This document shows positions 35,289-46,495 of a stretch of 56,187 nucleotides of DNA, one piece after another; the first letter of the stretch is position 1; every line of letters starts with the position of its first letter. The notes under the pieces were generated by a model. It saw only the letters and a list, made by a program, of their open reading frames with translations. It was not told the origin of the DNA and did no database searches. The DNA comes from Lobosporangium transversale (taxonomy: Eukaryota), in assembly GCF_002105155.1 (NCBI RefSeq), contig NW_019029008.1:434001-490187 (forward strand), given 5' to 3'. The translations under genes and the position numbers were made by a program.

Positions 35289-38200
35289 TTATGCCATGGC
35301 CAGGTACCGACCAGACTGAACCTGCAGCCTAATTGATCCTAGCGCACTGTCTTCTTTTTCTTTCTCCTGTTTCTGTCCTCCTTGTTCTTGTTCTTGTTCT
35401 TGTTCTTGTCCCTGTTCTAAAGGCGCTCTTGTCAGATGAACTTTCACATCCGATAACAGCCTGCCTTGTACTCTAAACTTGACAGCTGCCGGGTTCGGCT
35501 GGCTTGCTGCCCCTGATGGATTCATCTCAAATCTTGCCATCAACTTGTGAGGCTCCAGCGATGTACTACTCATCACAATATTATCCACATCCCACAACAT
35601 CTTCCCTGAATCCTTATTCCAAATACCTCCTGGCCTAGATTGTGCATTCAATACCTCCCCTGTCACTGGTACCAAGAATGAAAGCTCACTCAATTGAGCT
35701 GGAGTATTGTTGTCATTGTTATTGCTGTTATTACTATTATCTCCAGTTCCTTCCTGCTCTTCTAATGATGGTAATGGTGTAGGTTGGATCAATCTGCATT
35801 GCATATTAACCTTATAATTGACCAATAGTGAAGTCTGTTTTGGCTCAATCCTCCATGCTGGTTGTACTATTAATGGAATCATCGTCCTGGCTTCCTCCTC
35901 TGTGGTCCGGACTTGGTATTTTAACACTGCAACCCCTTGTCCCTGCACAAGTGCCTGCGTTAATGCCTCTAAGTCGACCCAGAACGATCCTTCAGCCCCC
36001 TCTACAGCTGTCAGGTACGTCTGATTAGGAATGTATCTCTCCAATGTCTGCAAATGATCGAGTCGTAACAATGCCTTTGTGGGTTGTCCCTCATTGACTT
36101 CAGTGCCTTCTTGATTCAAAATCACCTCTCCTGTTACCAAAATCTTCACTACTTCTCCTGCTTGAGTATGGGCATGCACTTTCTCAACCACAGAGACTAT
36201 CCATGTCCGTTCTTGACCAGCTCCTGGCACCGACCCCCCATTCGCATGCGTTGCTGCGATTGGTGATGTAGGCGCAGAGGTCCCCATAGGATGGAAGGAC
36301 TCTTGGTCACTTGTAGGAGGCTGTTGTCCAGTCCCTGAAGATGTTACTGGAGCTAGTGATGATGGCACTACCAATCCAGATCCATTAATGAGTGGCAACG
36401 GAGGCGTAGGTGGAATAGAACTGTTATTATTTAATCCTGATGACAGGCTCAATGTGTTTGCGCGCGACATTCCTGGAGTGAAAGCAGCACTTGGTTGAAG
36501 ATGCGATGAAGATGAATTGAACAAGACTCGTGATGATGGCGAGCTCAAGGAGTGGGGCGTGGATGAACCATCTCGATCGGATGCGAACGCGCCTGACAGA
36601 GGTGGGGATTGAAACGAATTGTTCAGGCCAGAGAGCGAGTCCTCTGACTGGTACATGCTCCTGACCTCTCTTCTTCCTGGATGTCGTCGGACAACAGTCT
36701 TGCTCTGCTTCAGAGTAGAGGTGACTCTTTCGAGAGCAGCACGAACCTCGTCATTGCTCTCGTTGACAGTATCATGCTTAATTTCCATCTGCATCCTGGG
36801 TCCTTGTGAAAAACTAATTGAGTGGAGCAAAAACAAGATAAAGGCCGTTTCTTTAAGTTTAGAATGATCTTTTTAACCCTTTTAGACATGCTTTCATTCA
36901 CTTTTAAACACTCTGATTTTTTTTTTCTTCGAACCTGCTAGTTTCAGAGCGTTCATCATCACAGTTACTGCTCATGCCTGCATCCGACCAAGGCCCATGA
37001 TCTGGAGGAGGGATAGAGAATCCCTCCGAGTCTACCTGAGGCTGAGATTGACGTGATCACGTTAGATTTGTTGAGTCCATTTCTTCTCAATATGACTCAT
37101 CACATTATTATATGATGGACGTTTAATTAATTGACACTTACAGCTTCACCTGTGCTTCCGAGAATATTGGATCCTGTGCGTGTATGTTCCTGAATGTCGA
37201 CCATGCTGGCAGCCTTTGACTTTGGTACTGAGATATCTGTAGAAAACGATACATTACTCAATTGGCTGCCTCCTGTCATGCCCCGCTTATGCGTTCCATT
37301 GGATCGACGTGGTTCGATGCTTGAAGCTAAAGAAAATGAAAGGGAAAAATAACAGTAATAATTATTATTAGGCCGTATCGTTCTTTCGTCGTTCATCAAG
37401 ATTTTTTTTTTAAAAAAAAAATTCACAAAAGATTCGCTTCTTACCATCGCCATTGCCTGGATATGAAATGCCAGAGGTGATAGATCCACCATCACGTACA
37501 GAAAGTGCTACACTCATCAAAAGAAAATAAATAGATTTCTGTCAACTCATGTCCATTTTCGGTTTTTCCTGTCAGTTTTTTTTTTAAGCTTTCTCTTCCA
37601 TTTTCCTTACAATGCATGTTGGAAGAGGCTTCAGATGAAAAGAGTTCCATATCCATGACTGGCTCAAACTCTGCAACCGATGTTGATGTGCGTCCAGACA
37701 TCTAAGGAGGAGTAGGATTTAAAAATGTCTTTTTTCGTTTAGTACTGGACAATTAATAAAAAAAAAAAATCCATGAAAAAGGTGTATCCTGTCCATCAGA
37801 TCTCGTCCTGAGATATATCTCAAATCTTACTTCTGCAATCTGAAGAACAATTTCTGTCTGGATGGCCTCAAATGCAGAGACCATCTGCTTCAAATGCTCT
37901 AACCGACTCTGATCCACTGATTGGCATTTCTAATTGAAAGAAAAAAAAAAAGTGAGTGCGTAGTCAGGATGTTGTAAAGGAAACAAATAACAAGGCATTA
38001 TGTGAATCATGGTGACATTAAAAAAAAATATGTATATAATATATTTCCATACCTGTAAAAGCTCGGGACCTTCCATACGCCATGCAGTCTTTGTGCTTTC
38101 GAGTTGCATACTGTACTCTATTAACTTTTGCTCTATAAAAAAAATAAAAAATAAAAAGCTCTCATTAACACAAACATTCGCCCATCATTAAACCTGTTAT

Positions 38201-39845
38201 TCCAGTTTACATTGGAAAATAAAACAAAATAAAAATAAAAAAAAAGAGAAAGAGAGAGAGATAGCTTTTTTTTTTTTTTACTTCTTTGTCTTTTTTTTTT
38301 TTTTTTTTTTCCTTTCTTCTTGATCTTTCTTATCGTTCTTTAATTGCTCTTTCTTTCTTTCTTTCTTTCATTATTGTTACACGGATAATCTGATCGTAAT
38401 AAGGAATCATCCAGTCATTGTTATTATTGTCATTGTTGTTGTAGTTGTTGATGTTGATATTGATGTGAATAAATAAAAAATAAAAATAAATGATCACTCA
38501 CCTGCGGCCTCTCCTTTCTTTCCAGAGACCTTTTCAAGAGTCTTTTTGTACTTTGCAACCTTGGCTTGCTTCTCATCAAATTCTTTTGCGATCCGCATGC
38601 AACTTGCTTCAGCCTTGATTTGATAATAATAATAATAATATTGTTATTAATATTATTATAAATTCAGACGATTAGAGTTAATGACAAATATATACTAAAA
38701 TTAATTAAAAAAATGATTATTAAAGAATTAAAAATAAAAATAAAAAAGCCGTTACCATAGTCAAATGCTGCCATTCTGAATGGGTCTTTGTGAATTCTCG
38801 CAGTGGCCGTTCAATCTCATTTGTGATTCGGAGCGAGAATTGATTATGCAAACTGGCTAGCTCCGAAGTCTCTGCATTTAACTTTTCCCAAGGTGCAGTG
38901 AACGTTCTAGATAAGATAAAAAATATCCCCCAAAAGGTCTTTGCTTTAATTTCCCGCTCTTTCTTTTTCCCTGGTCTGCATGCTAGAAAATAGACGGAGC
39001 AGAATTACGTTACCCTAGTGCCTGAGTGTCGGTGACAAAATGTTTTTGGAATGCTTTCGTGATATTTTTGGCATACATGTCCTCAATGTGCGCGCTTTGA
39101 AGATATATAAAAGGTATCGCAATTCAAGTATAATGTGGTACGTACACATAGTAAAAAGTACGATAATAATGGTAAATAGTAAACTGGCATGAGCAATGAC
39201 AATTATGGGGGTTTCTCTTCTTTATGCATACTGACAGGAGTAAGTCAGGGTTACAGAGTAAAAAAATATATATATTCGTGTGCACAATTGCATAATTGCA
39301 TAATTTGAGGGTGGAAAACTCTCCTTCCTTACCGTTCCTTGAAGTAATTGGCAAGTTGTTCATGTAGTGCTTTGGCCCGTCGAAGACGTGTTTGCACTGC
39401 TTCCAGACCATCCTGTGGTCTTTCAGTCTATCCAAGTGAAAGCGAAAGAAAGGAAGGACGGAAGCAAAGGAAGGAAGAGAACGAGAAAAGGCACTTTAAT
39501 ATTTTGTTTTTTAAAATAAAATATATGAAAATAAAGCAAAGTAAAAGGCACAGACATGGGTAAAAATAAAAAGTAAACAGTGCGAGTCGTTCCAAGGTTT
39601 GTCATATTATGCCGTTATGCCAAAGGGGATTGGGCAGAATGCATTAACGGTGTGTCAAGTGGTCATGGTCATAGTCGTAGTCGTGCAAATAAGCATTTTA
39701 TGTATTATCGGTGTGAGTGAGACTGAAAAGTTGTTGTGTGAGGTTATTAATAAAAGTAAAAAAGATGTCTCATCAGGAACATGTCCATTTGTAAATGCAA
39801 GAAATGTATCCTGTGGGCCTTATTTTGCTGCTATTTCTATTTCCA

Positions 39846-39890
<45 letters not shown>

Positions 39891-40040
39891 TCAGTTCAAG
39901 AAAAGATTCCAGTTTTTTTTTTTTTTTTTTTTGGTAATTGATTTATTCTCTCAAGCAATGAATCTGTGTCTTTTTTTAAATTGTATTCCTCTATAAATGT
40001 TTTCTGTTTTCATTACCAAAAAGGCCTCTGCATAACCCAT
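35289..40040 (-). CDS. SYP1: Muniscin Syp1/FCHO-like endocytic adaptor (F-BAR + mu-homology domain), many exons
   Basis: MGYAEAFL|TERPQDGLEAVQTRLRRAKALHEQLANYFKER (F-BAR start); C-terminal muHD VVEKVHA...VTGEV...LKYQV...PLIVQPAWRIE...SGRYLA; GT-AG introns. Confidence 0.88.
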
Positions 40041-40625
40041 TGGTAAGATAAAAAGGTAAAAAAGGCAGTTGTAATAGAAAGGGTCAAGAGAGTAAAAGAT
40101 AAAAACGTTAAAAGAAGTAAAAAAAAAAAAAAAAAAAAAAAAAACTGTTCAACAAGAGCAAGAGTGAAAAGAGAATGCGGCAGAAAAAGTATGTATTGTA
40201 AGCGTAAGATGGAATGAATGAATGAAGCAAGTAAGCTAAGAGTGGATATTAAGCCCGCCAAAAGAAAAGAAGAGTGAGCATGCAAAAAAAGAGAAAAGAG
40301 AGAGATTGGACTTCTTTACTGAGCATTAAACATTTTCATGTATTCTGCCCAATGTTGATGTCGGACAAGGCATAATTGCAAACAGAATAAGGTTGAATTG
40401 ATCACGTGCTATTGCAACTCTCCACACAGGTCATATCATCACGATCCATGCTGTGCATCTGTTCTCACCTACCTTATTCTTTTCTTCTTATTTATGTAAT
40501 AGCGACAAGCTTTTTGTATAGCGCGGCTAAAACGCGCATTTTGGTTTACCCCTGATTTTTTTAAAAAAAAATAATAATAACATGCTCTACGAGGTAATCT
40601 TTTTTAAAAAAAATGAGCCGGAGGC

Positions 40626-40657
<32 letters not shown>

Positions 40658-41019
40658 GAAAAAAGAGAAAGACGCGTTTAGAACTATAAGCACGTGGATT
40701 TTTTCGCCAGGCACAGACATATCGATGTATTTTTTTATACTGACAATCTCTCAGTAATATAAAAATTTACTAAACGTGAGGAGAGTGAAGAGCAAAACTC
40801 TTTTATATTCTTCTTGTTCATGATCCCTGGTTGCAAGCTAAAGTTCACAAAGCAAGGTGGCCAATGTCAAGCCATAGCTCCCTCCACCCCCCTATCAGTG
40901 GTTTTCGTTGCATTACGATGATTATCACTACATAACATGCTATTTTTAGTTTTATTATTATTATTTCGAACCGAACAATATCCTTAATTACTCCAATATT
41001 ACATCGATGATAAAAGCAA

Positions 41020-44000
41020 TCAAGATGGAGTCAAGGCCTTGCTAGGCTTGAACGCCTCCGACAACGTCAGCGCCGTTTCATACCCAATCGAGTTGCCTGT
41101 AAAATTCAAGGAGCTCAAAGTCGTGTTAAACTTCCGTGCCTCCAACAGTGCAAGGGCTCCTTCACTCCCAATGGAGTTTCCTCCCAAGCCCAAAGCAGTC
41201 AACGCCATGTTAGTCTTGAGTGCCTCTGACAGTGAAAAAGCTCCCTCGATTCCAATTGAATTGTGCGCCAACTCCAAAGTCGTCAAGGTTTCGTTTACCT
41301 TGAGTGCCAATGAGAGTGCATAAGCTCCCTCATTTCCAATTGAATTGGATTCCAAGTCCAAAGTGGTCAGAACCGTCTTCGTCTTGAGTGCCTCTGACAG
41401 TGCAAGAGCCCCCTTCTTCTCAATCGAATTACCCTTCAAGTTCAACGTGGCCAAAGTTGTGTTTCTCGCAAGTGCCTCTGACAGCGCGAGAGCTCCTTCA
41501 TCCCCAACTGAATTGCCCTCCAAGCACAAAGCGGTCAAAGCCGTGTTACCCTTGAGCGCATTTGATAATGAAAGAGCTCCCTCCATTCCAATTGAATTGT
41601 ACGCCAATTCTAAAGCGGTCAATGTTGTATTACTCTTGAGTGCCTTTGATAGTGCACGAGCTCCTTCATTGCCAATTGAGTTCCATTTCAACTCTAAAGT
41701 AGTCAAAGCCTTGTTCTCCTTGAGCGCCTCTGACAGTGCCTGAGCTCCTTCCTTCCCAATTGAGTTATCCCACAAGCTCAAAGTAGCCAAAGCCTTGTTG
41801 GTCTTGAGTGCCTTTGATAGTACAAGGGCCCCTTCCTTCCCAATTGAGTTCCATCCTAGATTCAAAGTGGTCAACATAGTGTTTGTCTTGAGCGCCTCTG
41901 ACAGCGCAGCAGCTCTTTCCTTCTCAATCGAGCTGCCTCCCAAATCTAAAGTGATTAAAGCTGGGTTGGTCCCCAGTGAGTTTGCAAACACTTTAAAGTC
42001 ATTAGCTTCCATTAATCCAGGTTTCATCGAAAAAGATAATTTGTGAAGATGCAACGGCCTTTTGGGCTGCAAACTGGAAAGCTTTATAAGGTCCGGGGAT
42101 AGAACAATATGAATCGTCTTCATCTTGCTCAGTCCCATGATCCGAACCAGGGTTTCATACCGCGTGGATATTGGAAGAAATTTCTCGGTAGTGCTTTCTT
42201 GAGACCTTCCGAGATCAAGTCGAAGGATCGATACACTTGACTTCTTTAGTGCTTCCTCGAATGCAACAAGGTCAGCTCTTGTCCACTCCCAGCCGAATGT
42301 AATATCCAACTCGTAAACACGCCTTGCATTAGCTAGCACATTGAAGAATTCTCCAGGTTTGCTTTTGGGATACAGGGCGATAATCACTTTGCCAAGATAC
42401 GGGTCATATTTGCCTCCATTATTTTCCACTGCACCAGCAAACTCTTTCTGTTCTTTTTCTCTATATGTCGAATGATAGTGGTCGAGACAACCCATTTTAC
42501 GTGACCTGTTTCCGTCGTGATCCTGTACAAGTTGCCAAATTCCCTGTCTTCATCCCTTATTCGAAGAAATGTGCCCAGTTGTCGGAGATCTGCCCCTTCG
42601 AGTGCCTCATGCTCATCGATTGTATTGATGTTTTTCAACACCGGGTACTCAATAGAGAGCTTTTCCATGTATTCGATTGAGTAATTGATAGCAGCAGTCA
42701 AGTTTGGGATTGGTGCTAGACAAGCAGCTATGGGCGCTCCCACCCTGAGGCAATGTAAAATGATGAGCATGTGCCTTCCATACTTGCGAAAAAACTTTGT
42801 GCTGTCACGGACTTCATATCCATCATGCTTAGCAAGGTGGATTTGGTTTTGGCTGCTCTTGCTTATCTCCGCAGTGAGCTCTCCGCATTCACAGAGGAAA
42901 TGAAGGCGGAACTTATTTCCCAGGACATTCCTTGGGTCCCACTTGGAGGTGTCGACAGGTAAGATGATAAACAGCCGTGGGATTGGATACTCGTGTAGCT
43001 CAAAGTTTTGGACTAGGATAGCATTGGCATGTTTTTGTAGTGTGGCGAGCTTATCGAGCGCTTTATTTTGCAACTCAAGCATTTGATCGTCTCTATCCTT
43101 AGCCTCCAGTTGCAGTGCAAGTACCATGTCCCCTTTCTCTCTGACCTCTAATTGCAGCTGATGTATTTCCGATTGGAAAGCTAGTATCTTGTCATTTTTT
43201 TCTATGGCCTCTAACTGTAGCTGAAACATATCCGATTGTACTCTACCCATCGCCGATTGCAGTTCAAGCATTTGTCTATCTTTCTCTTCGGCCTCCAATT
43301 GCAGTTGAATCATATCTGATTGATTTATATGTCATATCTGATTGATTTATATGCATCGCCGATTGCCGTCGAAGCATTTCGTCACTCCCCATACTGATGC
43401 CTTGCAGCAGCTCCATAGCCCTTTCTATATTAGAGTTGACCATCTCAGTTCGTCTATTATTGCGCGTAACGAGGGATGAATTGGAAGACCGTGCCAAATA
43501 TGATAATGGTAAATGGTCCTGAGTAGCTAGATTTGTCGATCTTTTTGATCCAGGCAAATGGGTGGCGACGTTGTTGACGCCCTTGCTACTACTGTTGCTG
43601 TTATCATTGTTGTTGCTCTTGCTGTTGCCGTTGCCGTTGCTGGCGCTCTTGCTGTTACCGTGATTGTTGTTGGAAATACGGCCGCCGTTATTATTGTTGC
43701 TATTGCCGCTACCATTGACACCGGTGTCTCTGCTGCTACTACCAGGCTGCAGTCTTTTTGTAACGACATCCAAGGCCTTGTCAGGGTAAAACGCGATGCG
43801 TGGAGGCTCGATCCTAATAGGCGGCCTAAAGAAAGAAAGAAAGAAAACGTGTTAAAATTGAGCTCTCTCTTCTCTTTCTGCCACTCTTAGGGTAATTGAT
43901 AAGGTAAAATAAAGTAGCCAATGGGAAACATTAGTACCTGTTGCATTAGTGTCCAAGAGGAATCGAATGGGGATCCCATCCAATTCGAATCCCGACGCAT

Positions 44001-44141
44001 CCGGGAATACTTCTAGGATGTCTTCCAGGTGTGCAGAGTATAACGGATTCTCATTACTCGCGGAAGAGTTTTCGATCCTTACACAGACTTTTTTTTAACA
44101 ATGCCTGCTTTTCGAAATTGCTGGTATGAGAGTTTTGTCAT
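41020..44141 (-). pseudogene. Frameshifted gene: N-terminal Crinkler-like header, Asn-rich linker, coiled coil, FELHEYPIPRLF domain and 11 x 28-aa RNI-like LRRs
   Basis: ATG at 44141 (MTKLSYQQFR), intron from ~43938; three frame breaks at ~44090 (A8 run), 43310-43353 (22-bp duplication) and ~42490 (VKWV/CLDHY). Confidence 0.75.
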
Positions 44142-44293
44142 TTCAATGATGACTTGGAGATTGACAAGAATGACAAGATGAAAAGTTTCTCATTTCTCAT
44201 TTTTTTTTAAAGCAACGGTCAGTCTTAATTCTGCTTCGCCATCATTTTGGAGCATAAATTAAGTTTGTCCAATAAGTAATCAGTATTTCAGGG

Positions 44294-44899
44294 CGAGTGC
44301 ATACTGACACTGATACTGAAGTTGAGTGAAAGTTTTGCGGCTGAATTGTGTTGATGCACAGACACAACATGAACAAACAAACAAACATGCACTTGTTACT
44401 GACACAAGGACTAACCTGCACACGCACAAAATCCATGTAAAGTGATACTAAAATTCTTCCGTGATACTAATATTTTGGCCCGTACAAATCTATTGTCCTT
44501 ATCTTTTACATGATAAAAATCCGTTTTAATCAAGAAATACAAGGATCTGTACTATCATGCTAAGAGTCTTGTACATATACTGCACACAGGCTAGTATTGC
44601 AAAGAGGACAAGCTTCCTTTACATGGAATTTCTGCAGGCTTACTGTACGAATCAAACTATTATATCATGAAAGCGATTTTAGTATCATTTATGGGTTTTG
44701 TGGGGTCAGTTCTCGTGTTAGTATCGGTGTATATTTATCTGCGAACATCGGTTTTTTGTGTTAGTACCAGTGTATATTTGCTTGTTTATGGAGTACACCT
44801 GTGCACCATACCCTACTAAAGTCTGTGCAGCAGTAAATTTTTCTAATTTTAGTACTCAACTCCAGTATCAGTCCTGAGAAACTAAAATCTGTACACTCG
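44294..44899. mobile_element. Degenerate ~600-bp foldback/MITE-like element
   Basis: Nested inverted pairs: CTGATACTGAAGTTGAGT (44310-44327)/ACTCAACTCCAGTATCAG (44854-44871); CACAAAATCCAT (44425-44436)/ATGGGTTTTGTG (44691-44702); TGATACTAAAAT (44443-44454)/ATTTTAGTATCA (44676-44687). Confidence 0.65.
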
Positions 44900-45067
44900 T
44901 AAAATATTAGGCCCCGATCCCACTGCCAATCCTGAATAAAATGATACTATTAATGGTACGAAACTTGACGGACTAGAACAAGTCTCGCGCCGGCGTGAGG
45001 TGAGATTTGTATAACAAGAGGATGTGAAGTATTGTGTAGGATATCCACTCAATTTGCCAACCTAAAC

Positions 45068-45367
45068 TTTTTTTATTTTTATTTTTATTTTTATTTTTTA
45101 CCAACTGTTACACAATAATGAACCACTCAGATTTTACACGTGGCGAAGTCGTAATGCGCAGACGCGTGCACACACCCCTTTTTAATATGTGCTCAACCAA
45201 TCACGATAGAATCACGGTAGGTTCATCAAGGCGTCAATCCCTTTGTACTTGGTTTAATATGAGTAAGGGCCACAGGCCTTGGAGATGTCATTGGTCTTGC
45301 AGCTCGTACATGCACAGTTTCAGTACTACAATTACCTCAACAAGAGTCAGCTTGCTTCAGTCCAGAA
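45068..45367 (-). repeat. Dispersed repeat copy B (reverse complement of 2370-2642) with (AAAAAT)n tail
   Basis: Blocks listed for copy A are present in reverse complement. Confidence 0.85.
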
Positions 45368-45536
45368 GTTGTCGATTTTGTTTGTAGTTTTTAAAATAAT
45401 AAAAAAGACCCAGTCAATAAAAAAGTTATGCAAAGATACTATTCGTTATATATATGGTAACGCTTTTTATTTTTAAAACCAATCGTTGCACTACGCTTTA
45501 TTTTTTCTTCATGAAATTTCTAACGAGGCAAGAGCT

Positions 45537-45577
45537 GGCCGTGGCGAAGCCACGGTCTCCGGCCCGTATTAACTAAT
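45537..45577 (+). mobile_element. Helitron-like 3' terminus (GC-rich hairpin then CTRR|T)
   Basis: CCGTGGC-GAA-GCCACGG at 45539-45555 then CTAA|T at 45573-45577; spacer somewhat longer than canonical. Confidence 0.4.
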
Positions 45578-46362
45578 GTGGGAACTTTTGAGAGCATTGA
45601 TATGGTTTTTGTTCATGGAGCTGTGAGCGATAAACATGAACCAAACTGCTGGGAAATATTTCTCCAAATTACATGTGAAGTGATATTATGCAGTTTTCTC
45701 CAGGAGAAGAGGAAAAAAAAAAAAAAAAAAAAAATGGAAGCACGGAAGCTGCTGCGGTAGCTCCTCCTCAACTTGACCGAGCTCTGAGGTGTATAGATAG
45801 TATGTGGTATATAGTATATGGTATAGAGCCTCATTTCCACACTGACAGCTCTAATTAGCTTCACTTGAATAAAGTATCCTCCTAATCAATACCTTGGATT
45901 CTTACTTTTGGGTCTTTCAATTTTGACATTTCATGTAGTGATAGATGTAGAGAGAGACTGTGTGTGTGTGTGTGTGAATGAATGGGTGAGAGAGAGGAGC
46001 CACTGACATCGATTTCCGTCAAGTGAAGTAAAGGCGACTGCACCGCTTGGTATGATGAGGTATTTGTCTACCAGAGTGGGTATCAGCCTCCAGGACTATT
46101 AGCTTGAATAAGAAAAAAGCTGCTGTGTGATCTGCATGTGCAAGAGTCCCGATAGCCACACACTGCGTGGCTTGCTGCATTACGCAACCAATTTCCTTTG
46201 ATGTTTGATTGATTACATAATCAAATAAAATAAAAAAACAAATGCATCCTATCCGTTTTTACATGACAATGATCAAGAAAATGGCATGTGATTGATTTTC
46301 TCACGGTCTTGAATTAAGGAACTCAACTTCCTTTTTCGTTTATTCCAAGCCTTCGTTCATCA

Positions 46363-46427
46363 CCTTTCCTTTCCTTTCCTTTCCTCTCCTTTCCTTTCCT
46401 TTCCTTTCCTTTCCTTTCCTTTCCTTT
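46363..46427. repeat. (CCTTT)n pentanucleotide microsatellite upstream of the Crinkler gene
   Basis: About 12-13 units of pure pyrimidine repeat. Confidence 0.95.
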
Positions 46428-46495
46428 TGCCTTACTCGTTTTTCATTTTCTCCCAGCATTTCAACCATACTCAGTCTTACTTATCTTTATTAACA

